A stretch of DNA of 64,000 bases. Source: Camelus ferus. Taxonomy: Eukaryota. The stretch is taken from the NCBI RefSeq assembly GCF_009834535.1, contig NC_045705.1:32426001-32490000 (forward strand), read 5' to 3'. Under the pieces are notes generated by a model. The model did no database searches and had not been told where the DNA came from. It was given only the letters and a program-made list of their open reading frames with translations. This document shows positions 52,080 through 64,000 of the stretch, in pieces (position 1 is the first letter of the stretch; the number at the start of each line of letters is the position of its first letter). The position numbers and the translations under genes are program-made.

Positions 52080-52480
52080 TGGGTGACATTAGTTATTTCA
52101 CTTCCTGTGCCCCAGTTTCCTTGACACTCAGATGGATTATGCTAATACAGTTGACCTTCGAACAACATGGGTTTGAACTACACAATCCACTTACATGCAG
52201 ATCTTTTTTTCAGTACGTATGCTACTATGTTCATCAGTGATGGTTTGTTGAATCTGCAGGTGCAGAATCCCCTGTGGATATGGAAGGTGGACCATAAGGT
52301 TTAAGCATTTGCAGATGTTGGCATCTGCAGCAGGTCCTGGAAGCAATCCCCTGTGAAAACAGACAGCTGACTGTACAGTTTATTTCCTAGAGTTATTGTG
52401 TGGATCATATGAATCACTATATGTAAAGTGCTCAGGTAAATGCCTGGCATTTAATGAGTTCTCTATCAGTGCTTGATATT
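52080..52480 (+). mobile_element. MIR split by a Tigger MITE
   Basis: cagtttcctt before the MITE and atgtaaagtgctcagg...gcctggca after it. Confidence 0.55.
52148..52373. mobile_element. Tigger/MER2-type MITE
   Basis: CAGTTGACC...GCTGACTG terminal inverted repeats with TA duplications at 52146-52147 and 52374-52375. Confidence 0.75.
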
Positions 52481-53199
52481 CATTTGTATTCTTCTTTCCA
52501 GTGGGTCTCTTTACATCAATTTCCATAATCCACCAGCATTGATAAATAATCAGAATGGCCAAGCCCTTTTTATGTAGAAGAGGGATGTATGATTGGAAGA
52601 TCATTCGAGGTGATTCAATAGTCAGAAACAACTGATGTGGCAAATGAGGACAAAGATATTAACAATGAAATTCTGAAATTAAAATATTATAACATTGGAT
52701 CTTCTGTTGGGAAAACAAGCTGGGCTATAGTTGGTGAAAAGTACTGGAATTTGTACTCAGTACTCAGAGGTTTTTCTAATCACCGTCTAACTCATCACTC
52801 CAACTGTTTAGAAAGTCTTTTTGTGTCTTGCAACTTTAAACAGATATGGTGATTGTTAATAATATAAGGTTTATGGTTTGGGTGTAGATTTTTTTCTTTT
52901 ACAAATTACTTGGAAATTTTTAAAACCTGAAATATAATAAGTCACTTGATATATTTCAAAAGACTTGGGTAAAAAGAAGTAGGCCATAGTAGCTATCTCA
53001 AAAAAATGTCTTCAAAATGTCTTGCCCCCTTAAAACATGCTTTACTAAAGTGTCAGTGAATCTGTGTTTCGTGTTAGTCTCAGCCTATTGGTAGTGATTC
53101 TATCAACGAGGAAAGCCTGTGGGCACTCTAGTACCCCTTACTATTTGCAGTGGGCCCCCACAGACATTTCCCGAGCCAGAGCCATTGTGTGGTGGCTGG

Positions 53200-53632
53200 A
53201 CCAGCCCTTGTGAATTTTGTTACAATTGCAGGATGCACCTAAGCAACAATTTTCAGGGAACTTTTGAAAAACAAGGTTTATTGCACACATTCTGGAGGGT
53301 ACATGGCATACTCAGGGCCAGGCAGAGAGGCCGAGGAGAGAGGGAGAGAGAGAATACCATGAGTTCTGGCTTGATTGTGGTCAAGGGTGGGGCACCTAGA
53401 TTCACTTTTTAATGGTGCGTTTAAAACATGAGTAGGAATTAAAATGCAGGAAGGGAAAAGCAGGGTCAATCAAGCAGTCAGTTACCTATATCATCTAGGA
53501 TTTTCTAAAAGAGAATTTAACAGACAGGGAAGGCTGGCTACCTGATTGTGTAGCTGGAAATATATTTATTTGAGAAGGATGTCTTTGAAATCCTCAGCAA
53601 TCAAAAGCTTAATGTCAGGAACTTATATTACA
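53200..53632 (-). mobile_element. Degraded LTR-like fragment
   Basis: Has aaggtttattg (reverse AATAAA) and LTR-like composition. Not assigned to a family. Confidence 0.4.
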
Positions 53633-53832
53633 ATCAAAAAAGCTAATCATTAGGCCCTTTCACTGCAGTGTGAATGTAGATGTGTATAGTTTTGGCCTGA
53701 TGGGAAGAGGAATCTTTATTTACAATTTGAGACAAAGAAAAATGACTGTATCTCATGCACCATGTATGAAATTCTCTTAGAAGATAGCATCTCAAGTATA
53801 ATCAGTACTGATTTTACACACAGGTCACCAGG

Positions 53833-54803
53833 ATGAACCATATGGAGAAACATAATCATACTGCAATCTCCAAAGTGACAGAATTTATTCTCCTGGGGCT
53901 CACTGACAGCCCAGGGCTGCAGGCACCTCTTTTTGGAATCTTCCTGGTCATATAGTGGTGGGCATATTGGTCACAGTGATGGGCAATCTGGGCATGGTTA
54001 TCTTGACCCATTCGGACTCCAAGCCACATACTCCCATGTACTTTTTCCTTAGACATTTGTCGATTACTGATCTTGGTTACTCTGCTGTCATTGGCCCCAA
54101 AATGATGATCAACTTTGTGGTGCACAGAAATACAATTTCCTACCATTGGTGTGCCACCCAGCTAGCCTTCTTTGAGGTTTTCATCATCACTGAACTGTTC
54201 ATCCTATCAGCAATGGCCTATGATCGCTATGTCGCCATCTGCAAGCCTCTTCTGTACGGGGTCATCATGGCAGAGAAAGTGTGTTGGGGGCTGGTACTCA
54301 CTCCCTATCTCTATGGCACCTTTGTGTCACTATTTCTCACCATTAAGTTATTTCAATTGTCCTTCTGTGACTCCAACATCATCAGTTACCTTTACTGTGA
54401 CCGCCTGCCTCTGATATCCATGCTCTGCTCCAACACACATGAGTTAGAATTGATCATTTTGATCTTTTCAGGGTGCAATTTGCTCTCTTCCCTCTTGGTG
54501 GTTCTTGTGTCTTACATGTTTATTCTTGTGACCATTCTCAGAATGAACTCAACGGAGGGGAGATACAAAGCCTTCTCCACTTGCAGTTCCCACCTGACAG
54601 TGGTGGTCGTGTTCTATGGGACATTATTGTTTATTTACCTGCAACCCAAATCCAGCCATGCTTTTGCTATTGATAAAATGACCTCTGTGTTTTACACCCT
54701 AGTGATCCCTATGCTGAATCCATTGATCTATAGCCTGAGGAACAAAGAAGTAAAAGATGCTCTGAAGAGAACTTTAACCAATCGATGCAAAATGTCCCAT
54801 TAA
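53833..54803 (+). pseudogene. OR8K1-like: OR8K1-like pseudogene with a net +11 nt insertion in TM1
   Basis: ATG at 53833 gives [22 protein letters not shown]...FLVI, then TAG at 53953-53955. The downstream frame (ORF 53955-54803) is offset by 11 nt. The repaired length is 319 aa, ending KRTLTNRCKMSH. Confidence 0.9.
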
Positions 54804-55416
54804 TATCTTAATATTCAGTTACAAATTAAGTCCAAAGATTGTTGTTTAATACCCTGTCACTCTGATTATAGCATCAAAAAGTGGGAATGTTTTACCAGAT
54901 TCTTTTTCTCTTTTTCTGAATAAAACACTTTCTCTTAAAACTCCTTGTACTCTTTTCCAATTCAATTGAATAAATATGGCAGCCAGATAATTTAAGTCCC
55001 AAATGATTTTCAAGGTCATATTGGAACTTAAATTTTTTTAGAGGTAAGGCAGATCATGACAAATTTTTGCTCAAATTTGGACTTGCAGAGGTGAAAGAAA
55101 AAGTCTTAAATAGTCAACGTGGAGTACCATTAACCAGAAAATTAGTAATGTATATGTCACAGCAGTCGCTGTATATTAAATATAAATAAAATCGAACCAT
55201 GAAAAATATGTGGGTTAGACAAGAGGCAAGAAAGTAACTAAATCTCTGATTATAACACAATATGAACAAGCTGCTTCAAGAATCTAAGCTGAATAAGAAA
55301 TAAAGCTTGAACTTCAGAATGGAATTTTCAATCTGATTGTGTTCATATTTTTTAATCTCAAGGCTAGAATGAGCATTTGGGAAGTTTTTTTTTTTTTTTA
55401 ATTAAAAACCATGAGA

Positions 55417-55487
55417 GCTGAACACTGGAATTTGACACAACATTGTAAAATGATCATAAATCAATAAAAAATGTTAAAAAAAAAAAA
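55417..55487 (+). mobile_element. About 70-bp 5'-truncated L1 3' tip
   Basis: gctgaacactggaatttgacacaacattgtaaaatg...tcaataaaaaatgtt followed by A(n). TSD AAAAACCATGAGA / AAAAAACGTGAGA. Confidence 0.75.
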
Positions 55488-56029
55488 CGTGAGAAAAATA
55501 TAGGCTAACTCTGGGTCTCCCATAGACTGTCAAACTATAGCTAACTTTGGCTTATGATAGCCTCCCAACAAACAAGTTGCGTTAAGATTGGCAAACTCAA
55601 GAAAATTAAGTTATCTGGTCATTTACTAAAATGACATCAATATTTTGAAAATCTTTAGCAGCGATAACAAAGATTAGAGATGAATGACACACTCTAGGGT
55701 TAACTGCACTTTTATTACGTCTATTTTGTCTTCTTCGCGGGCTCGTGTATACACAGAGCCAATATTTTGAATGGACTCCACTAACAATACTTTATTCCCA
55801 TTGTGTACTCACTCAGCAAATAAACAGATTCCATGTCTTAGTCTCCTCTTTGCTGTTTGAAATGGACTTTTTAAAATTTTTTAAATATATACGCTACCCT
55901 AGTCATGCTTGCTTCAATCTATGCTAACATTTAAAGAGAAAATTGTGGGGAATTAAATCAAAATCTGAACTAGGGTCTCTTTATCCCAGATCTATGCATT
56001 TTGTTTATTTTGTCCCTTTTTAATACACT

Positions 56030-56230
56030 GTGGTTTACTTTATTGAGAGTTCATCTTAAGTGTTCTCACCACAAAAGAAAAAAAATTGTGTGAAGTAATG
56101 GATATGTTAATTAGCTAATTATAATAATCACATCAACTTTATACACATATATCAGAATATCATATTGTACACTGGAAATACATACAAATTTTATTTATCA
56201 ATTATAATCTGTATAAAGCTGGAAAATATT
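56030..56230 (+). mobile_element. L1MA-like 3' end
   Basis: cttaagtgttctcaccacaaaa...ggatatgttaattagct...taaagctggaaaa. Confidence 0.7.
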
Positions 56231-56932
56231 TTTAAAATGTAAATAAAAAAGAAAGAAAACATAAATTAAGCAAAATAAAAGAAATACAAAATTGCATTCT
56301 CTAAAAATATCAATTTTGTTTACCATGGTAGTTTTCAATGCTGTCCCTAATCGTATTTACTGTTATAAATAAATTTTATTTTCTAGAGTAATATTTTACA
56401 TTATACTGCAAATACTTTTTTGGTCACATATATTTCTTTACCAAATTATAGCACTTCCATTACTTTTTACAGTATATAAATAAAGTTAATTAATATTAAT
56501 AGCATTCTGCAGTATCATTCATATAGAAAGAACTTTTAAAAAATCCCAATACATCATATTCCCTACAACTTACTTTTCTAACTTGAGAATTTTTTTTATA
56601 ATCCATATAGACAAAGTTTTAAAGGATATGTAAATTTATATTAAATATATGTCTATACTTTACTTAATAAATTGACAAACCATATACATATTTCCAGCAT
56701 TCCTCCATACTAAGAATACTCATGAAGATTTTTGTAGATTTTACTAATTTGTATGACTTCTGCAGAGCAGATTTCGAGAAGCCGTTTTCTGCCTACTGGA
56801 GAGATGCATGTTTTCAAGTGTTTTGAAACCTAGAGCAAGATGTCCAGAATAAGTACCTCCCTCAGGTCATGACACCTTATCATTTTTAGGCCAGGCAAAG
56901 CCCTTCTCTTTTATTTATTTATTTTTCCAATT

Positions 56933-57241
56933 TGTTCTGGGCTGAATTGTGTCCCACCAGAATTCATATGTTGAAGACTAAGTATCTCAGAATGTAAGTG
57001 TACTTGGAGACCAGGCCTTTAAAGGAGTAATTAGTTCACGTGGGTTGTTAGGGTGAGCCCTAACCCAATAATGATTGATCATTTATCTGCAAGCCAGGGA
57101 GAGAGGCCACACAGAAGAAACCAAATGCGCTATCCTCTTGATCTGGGACTTCTAGACTCCAGAACTGAGGAAATTTATCTCTGTTGTTTAAGCCACCAAG
57201 TCTGTGGTATTATGTTATGGCAGTCCAAGAAAACGAATACA
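56933..57241 (+). mobile_element. MaLR LTR (MLT1A/B-like)
   Basis: tgttctgggctgaattgtgtccc...gttgtttaagccacc...gaataca. Confidence 0.8.
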
Positions 57242-57769
57242 TTTCTCGTCTTTATTTCTTTATTCGGTCCCGGCTACCTCCACGAGGTAACCATCCCAGT
57301 GTATTCAAGGTGAATTTGTTTTCTTGTGTTCTTGCAAAGTATACATTACTGTTCCGTGTGCATGCATATACACCCTATATAAATGGCATTTCGCTGTATA
57401 CTTCAACTTCCAGCTTTAAATTTAAGGCCTACAGGGGAAAATCTTATGACAAAAAAAATAAGTATTGTTACAAAGAGGATTTAAGCCCCAAAGAAGAGAA
57501 ATCCTTCAGGCCAGTTTTCTTTTTACATAATTCTCTTAGTCTTTAAACACGCAAGAATGTGTATCTAAAACATTCAGTCTTTAAAAAATATATTTGTGTG
57601 ACTGGAAATTTATAGACATGACACAAAGGCTTTATTTTTAAATATTGTTTTGATTCCTCTCTAGGAGTTATCGTCTTCCTTTTCTCACCTGAAATATAAT
57701 CATAAAGAAAATATTAAAATAATATTTTTATTACTGAGGATTGTTTTTAGGAGGACACATTCTCCTTTT

Positions 57770-57888
57770 TTGGGAGGGCGGGGGGAGTGGTAATTAGGTT
57801 TATTTATTTTAATGGAGGTGCTGGGGATTGAACCCAGGACCTCTTGCACACTAAGCATGCACTCTATCACTGAGCTCTACCCTCTCCC
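57770..57888 (-). mobile_element. tRNA-derived SINE (camelid type)
   Basis: The reverse complement reads ggggagagggtagagctcagtg...ggttcaatccccagcacctcc. 14-bp TSD CACATTCTCCTTTT (57756-57769) / CACATCCTCCTTTT (57889-57902). Confidence 0.85.
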
Positions 57889-58989
57889 CACATCCTCCTT
57901 TTAATATCCACTCTATCCCATTTCTTAAAATAATAACTGTACAGATTTTGTATTCTTTGAACTAAAAATGAGGGGAAAAAACCCACTAGAGATAGTGGCA
58001 TAAAACAAATATAATTTATAGATAGAGTTTGTTCCAATTTCACCATTAGCCCAATGGTCTCTCGCTTTTCAATACTGCATTTTTGCAATAACAAATCTCT
58101 GACTGCAAATGAGTTACCTCTACAAATACACTTTAATCTGATGTCATAGAGTTGAGCTCCCTTCAATAATGTAGGTCAGACTGCCACAAAATAAGACTGC
58201 AGGGGTGTCTGGTTGAACTCCTACAGGGAGATCTTGTGAAGGAGCCAATCCCAAAAGACATCTTCCCAAAGGATGCAGAAGGCAATTTGTAGATGCTAGA
58301 GTCTCCTGTGCTTCAGAATTGGGCTCTCAGTGGTTTATAAGGCCCCATCAACCCTCACTGCCACAGAAATTCTAAGAAGCTAAAGCAGATTTTCCATTAG
58401 AGGTGGGTAGAAAATATTTATCTTATTTCTCTATAAATAACCTTCAAAAGATCCAAAACTATACCTTAAACTGAGCCACTTCACTTTCATTTTGGAAGGC
58501 ACTGGGCATTATGAATGATCAAGTAATATGCTACTTAAAGTAAAGCTTATTTCCAAGATTAACATTTTTGGAGACAATACATCATTAAATATCACCCAGC
58601 TATTTATGTTTCAAAATTAGAATTGGCGTCCTTAGGTCTTCTGTATTTAAATAAATTATATCACTACTGAAACAATAGATTTTTGCTCACTGAGATTATT
58701 TATATCACAGTTATATTTCTATAATATTAGCTAAAATGAAAAAAAAGTGTGTTTCACAAAAATAACCTGTGAAAGAAAATTAGATACACAGTTACCCAAA
58801 CTTTACATGATTTTCCTTTTTGAGAATATAACTATACATCAGAAATTTTCTCACCAGGTATCCTAAAGCAACTGCTTAAATCGTTCTAAAAATTTTGCTC
58901 ATAATTTCTATCCCCTTCCAATCATTCAATTCATTATTTTCATAATAGAAAGTTATTGTTTTAAAATGGAAAGCTGATCATATTATTCA

Positions 58990-59620
58990 CTTATGTTAAA
59001 ATTTACCAATGCCTTGCATTTCACTTAGAATAAAATTCAAATATTTATTGTGACCTACATCATCTGATTCTACTAATTCTGCATTTTCTCATTATTATTC
59101 CAGTCACATTGGCATCCATTAAATTCCTTCTCAAAAGCAAACAAGAAAGAAAAAACTCCAAAACTTAGTTACTTTTTACCCCAGAGCAGCATCTTCAAGA
59201 AATACACTTGTGCCTGGAATCCTGGAATGTTCTTCCTGTGGTTTATTCAATAGTAGGTTCCTTTCCATCCTTTAGGCTTCAGTTCAAATGTCACCTCTCA
59301 GAAAGGCCTTCTTTTAATGTCCTGTTTGAAATAGTTCTCCCAGGTTATCCTCATGCATCTTTGTGTGTAATTTACTGACTGTGCTTCCTACAATCTACAA
59401 TTATCTTGTCCCTATGTTTTGTTTCAGCCCTTTGTCTCTTTCTTACTATTGGAATTGTAGATCCAGAGGTGAGGGGTAAGTAATTTAACTGAATCTTGAA
59501 TATTCCTTGGCATGAGTAGGAAACAAATGAGTAAGAGTATGACTCAAAGAAATTAAGGGGAAGAACAATGTTTATTGTCAGAAGCAAACGAATAACAAAT
59601 GCTCAGTAATGTTAGGAGTT
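58990..59620 (+). mobile_element. L2 3' fragment
   Basis: cacttagaataaaattcaaa, ttcaaatgtcacctctcag and aaatgctcagtaa. Confidence 0.65.
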
Positions 59621-59779
59621 ATTGCGGTCTTATTGCTTCAATTCTTTGCATTCTTGCTTCATTCCCTTTTCTCACTGGAGAACAGTTTTCCTTTTTTTTT
59701 TAAATTTTATTCTTTTTCAAGAGATAAAATATTTCAAAGGCTCTGACCTTTTACAGTTCAGGCGTTTATGATATATATC

Positions 59780-59960
59780 TTTTTTCAAACCTATTTATTG
59801 AGGTATGATGAATGCGACTGACATACAAAATGCTGTACCTCTTTAATGTACACAACTTGATGAATTTGAAGATAATATACAACAGTGAAACCATTACCAC
59901 AATCTATGTCATAAACATATCCAGCATTTTCAAAAGGCTCCTCTTGCCCACTTTATAATT
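59780..59960 (-). mobile_element. L1MB-like 3' end
   Basis: tttattgaggtat...aatgtacacaacttgatg...gaaaccattaccacaatc. Confidence 0.65.
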
Positions 59961-61237
59961 ACAATTATGATTATTTGTGCATATATGTGTGTGTGTATAT
60001 ATACACTTAAATTTTTGCTAAAGGTTACATCTTACATTAAATTGTGGTCTAAATGTCAATGTAGTGTTAATACTCTGGAACATAACTCCAAATTTGCAGG
60101 TAAGAGACTATGACAGGACTTCCCTGGGCCAGGTGCCCATCACTGGAAATACCAATTACAACTGGGCAGGGGCTCTAACTTGCGTAGTTAGGAGCAGGTG
60201 ATCATCCTTCAAACAAATATCTCTAGGAAAATATTCATGCATATTATAATTGCATGTTCATTTTTTGGCAAATATGTGTAATGTGAGGATCATAGAAGCT
60301 TTATTAAAATAAGAAACCTATTATTATTACAGTAAAAAATATAAAAAGTGTAAAATTATGTGAAGAAAAAGATCAATGGAAAATTAAGTCCATATACATT
60401 TTAAAAATTATATAAGTAATGCTATAAAATTCTACAAATTAAATTACTGGTTAAAAATAAAAATGGAAAGAATATGAAGAATGACATCAACTTGAGGCAC
60501 AAGAAGGAAAAAAATTATGAGAGGAAAGAAAATGATGTATTATCTGATACAGCATAGTGGATAAAATCACAAAAATGGTCACATTTTCACAGATACCAAC
60601 TTTTTAATCTAAACAGAGAATCAGCAACCCAAAAAACTGAAATGAGGACACATCTCCATGTATGTTTATCTGAGTTAACAAATGAGCAAAAGGAGTTAAC
60701 AGAGAATCTGGATGGTAAAATGTGTAAGTTCAAGGTACCTCAAAGTTATAGAAGGATTTGAATAAAGAAAAAGGAGCAAGATAGTGACTAGATCATTCAT
60801 TCTTCAGGAAAAGCAAGAATCTCACACGAAGAAATCACAAGGAGACATTCAATTATTTGAAGTCATGCAATTACTCAAACCTTTCTCATACTCAATGCAT
60901 GAGACATAAAATATGAAATATGACTTGTACTTTTTGTGAACTAATAAGATATTCATTATTTTATAAGGTTTTTGGGAAATAAATTCTCAAAATATGCATG
61001 ACTCTGAATCGTCTACTTAATTTTCCATACTTGCTTTTCCTCTTTACCAAATGATTGCAAAGTTGATTTACTAGACCTAGAACCTTGAGTTTAATAACTG
61101 AGATTAATACATAATTCCAGAAAATCTCATCCAAGGAATTGCCTTTGTCACACAATGACAGTCCTAGAAAATAATTCTTAAAATTTGTAACCGTGTCTGT
61201 TTTTCTTGCCTGAAGACATGACTTTCCAAACTCTTAC

Positions 61238-62206
61238 ATGGCTCCTAGGAATTTCAGCCAAGTCACTGAGTTTATTCTCACGGGAATCTCAGACCGTCCA
61301 GACCTCCAGATCCCACTCTTCTCTGTGTTCCTGGGTGTCTACGGGCTGACCGTGGCAGGGAACCTGACCATCATCACTCTCACCAGTGTTGACTCTCGAC
61401 TTCAGACCCCCATGTATTTCTTCCTCCAACAGCGGGCCACCACCAACCTTGGGAATTCTACAGTCATTGCCCCTAAGATGCCGATCAATTTTTTAGTAAA
61501 GAAACGCACCACCTCTTACTATGAATGAGCCACCCAGCTGGGAGGGTTCCTGGTTTTCATTGTAGCTGAGGTTTTCATGTTGGCTGTGATGGCCTATGAT
61601 CGCTGCATGGCCATTTGTAACCCCCTGCCCTACGTGGTGGTGGTATCTCGGCAGGTCTGCCTTCTGCTGGTTTCCCTCACGTACCTCTACAGCTTCTCCA
61701 CTGCTGTTGTAGCTTCATCCTGTGTATTCTCTGTGTCTTATTGCTCTTCCAATGTAATCAATCATTTTTTCTGTGATATTGCCCCTCTGTTAGCATTATC
61801 TTGCTCTGATACTTACTTTGCAGAAACAGTGGTATTTATATCAGCTTCGACCAATTTGGTTTTTTCCATGATTATGGTTATCATATCTTATTTCAACATC
61901 GTTTTGTCCATCCTAAGGATACATTCAACAGAGGGAAGGAAGAAAGCCTTTTCCACGTGTGCTTCACATATGGTGGCCGTGTCAGTTTTCTATGGGACGA
62001 TGCTATTCATGTATTTACAGCCTCAAACTAACCATTCTATGGACACTGATAAAATGGCTTCTGTGTTTTATACACTGGTGATTCCCATGCTGAATCCCAT
62101 GATCTACAGCCTGAGAAACAAGGATGTGAAGGCTGCCTTAAAGAGATTTCTGACAAATTCATGCTGTTCTTTAAGTAAATGTCATCTTAGCACTATAGGT
62201 AAATGA
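61238..62206 (+). pseudogene. OR8J3-like: OR8J-family (OR8J3-like) pseudogene with a nonsense codon at the conserved Cys97
   Basis: ORFs 61238-61528 and 61577-62206 are in the same frame, with TGA at 61526-61528 in YE(C)ATQ. Several motifs are also degraded (LQQRATT, KMPIN, DRCMAICNPLPY). Confidence 0.9.
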
Positions 62207-63597
62207 AGAGATGGTTAAGTTAGGCTGTCATTATGTCAGAGAAAGCTAAGTTTAGGAAGCTGATTTATAGGCTTACAAGCAATCTTAGCAATTAAAAGGG
62301 GCTAAGATTTGGGAGGCACTAATTTAAAAAATAAACTGAAGCTCTTGGAATTATGAGGTTGATACAGAAACAAAGCATTATTTACTCATTTTCTCATGGA
62401 GTGTGCAGTTAGCTAGATTGAAAGAATTATTTCCAGAAGTTTGGAGAGACACCAGCTTAAAAAAAATAAGTTAAAATGGAGCAACAAATTAGTGATTGAG
62501 AAAAGTAAGTCTCTCTTTCTTATTCTTTGGCTCCCTTTTTTCCTTCCTGGGTATTTTTGGGTATAGTTGATCATGGCATCTTGAGGAACTAGAATTACAG
62601 ATGGCTAAAACCCTCTCACAGCTGAGTTAGCAAAATTAAACTGACAAGTTGTTTAAAATAAAACCCTTAACTCTTTCTTAGCATTGTTTGAATGAAAAAA
62701 TATACACTTCCGATAAATTTATATTTTGAATGCTAATCAAATATGATTCAATTTTTTTATTCCAATTGTTATAATCTATACAATTTCTTAATGAAAAATA
62801 AAGAATACCATCACTGAATATGCTTTCGTGCTGAGTACTATTTGATTAGACTTGGTAGAATCTGTAATAATTCCTTTCTCCCTACTATAAGAATCGGTCT
62901 TCTGTAGTATGTGTAATAAACAGACTGTATTTTTATTATTAAGTGTTCAATGAGTCATTCTTGTGAAAATTCTTTACATTATTAGAGGAAAAATTGAACT
63001 GTTTTTGTAAAATTTTTTTCTGTTTTCTGTTAGTTTTTGAGTGTACACCAACATCTATTGTACAACTGAATAAATAGAGTTAAACACACTATATCTCAGA
63101 TTTATCAAATCAGAATTGAGTTAGCCAGTATGATAATAAATTAATGGGGTACTATTTATATCATGCATATAACCATTCTGGACATTTCCAGTGAAGAAGA
63201 ACAATAAGCCTTTTTTGAAATTAATTTACTAAAAACCCTTAGACCTCTAGACTAGTCATGTAACTGGTACACAAACAATATCCCAGAAAATACTTGGTTT
63301 CATTTGGACTCTCAAATAGTGAAAATTAAAACACTCAGTGTTTCATGATAAAGTGCCTCGTGTCTTTTTTTTTTTTTTTTTTTTAATTTCAAGTTGTGCA
63401 TACTAGTAGTGCTATGAATACAGCTTCATTTGGAAGGAAATTTCTGAATATTTTTCTTAATCCTCAGAAGTTTCTTTATAAAACTATTGAGTAAATAGTC
63501 CCCAGTCCTATCTGTTTTATAGCCCCCTCTCCGGTAGATCACAATGCTTGTGTTTCTTCAATTCCTTCCATTTATCATTCATTTTTTTAAAAAGATA

Positions 63598-64000
63598 TGT
63601 CAACTGAAATAAATGCACAACCTAAAAGTTGAGAGTTATGGTTTACTCGGTGGACATTTCTGAGGACTTGAACCCCTTTGAGCCCAGATGACAGCCTCTC
63701 AGATGGCTCTGAGGGACTGCTCCGAAGAGGTAGGGGAGGAGCCAGGATATATAGGAGTTTTACAGCAAAGACCAGGTAGTTGGAACATTAAAATATGACT
63801 GTTAACTAAAGAAAGCCAGACATCACAAGTTAAAGATTTTAGTGCTTTTCTATGTATGGAAGGGAACAAGTGTCTCTGCTCATTGAAGTTATTCCTTTGA
63901 CAAGCATCTAGCTCTCTAGGGCCTGTATCCTGGCCATTCACATTCTGAGTCCCCTCAGTCGGAGGTGGTTGCAGAGGCCAGGCTGCCTGATTGTTCGTAT
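63598..64000 (-). mobile_element. ERV1-type LTR, runs off the window; same family as 18441-18902
   Basis: Starts TGTCAACTGAAA, the reverse complement of the 18.9 kb LTR end. Internal motifs match. Confidence 0.8.

Noticed and set aside
60095-60200. Promoter and first exon of the OR8J-like gene (CAG|GTAAGA at 60100, TTCCCTGGG nearby)
   Set aside because: There is no paralog in the window to confirm it, and the O/E-like site lies downstream of the donor.
718-63941. The many 60-125 aa non-OR ORFs in the ORF track
   Set aside because: They fall in repeats, low-complexity DNA, or antisense and alternative frames of OR genes. Many start at non-ATG codons and none has a recognisable domain.
1-64000. 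Greek-island-type OR enhancer or a wholly new system
   Set aside because: I could not identify a dense cluster of composite Lhx2-EBF motifs by eye. Conservation and chromatin data would be needed.

Overview
AT-rich mammalian DNA from an olfactory receptor (OR) cluster. A camelid origin is inferred from the tRNA-derived SINE and the L1 3' end. There are nine OR loci. The left part is a tandem array of OR8K3-like genes on +: a 3' fragment at 2-175 and three intact 313-319 aa ORFs at 7061, 14452 and 25624. It is followed by five disrupted ORs: a truncated OR5J2-like fragment (-), an OR5J2-like pseudogene (-), and OR8K5-like, OR8K1-like and OR8J3-like pseudogenes (+). Gene names come from my recollection of the human chr11q12 proteins, not from a database search. 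The intergenic DNA holds old L1 pieces, at least eight solo ERV LTRs, MaLR/ERVL LTRs, MER20 and Tigger MITEs, SINEs, L2, MIR and a 4x91-bp tandem repeat. I found no evidence of a new biological system; this looks like birth-and-death evolution of ORs. The best second-look items are: (1) a recurring putative promoter/first-exon module (O/E-like site, homeodomain site and splice donor about 100 nt apart) upstream of four OR8K genes; (2) reciprocal loss of tandem splice acceptors between paralogs; (3) sharp gene-conversion-like tracts; (4) two LTRs that appear to share one 4-bp target site; (5) a templated 11-nt insertion; (6) a poly(A)-only retro-insertion; (7) a homopolymer frameshift that may be an assembly error. 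Repeat family names and boundaries were assigned by eye and are approximate.
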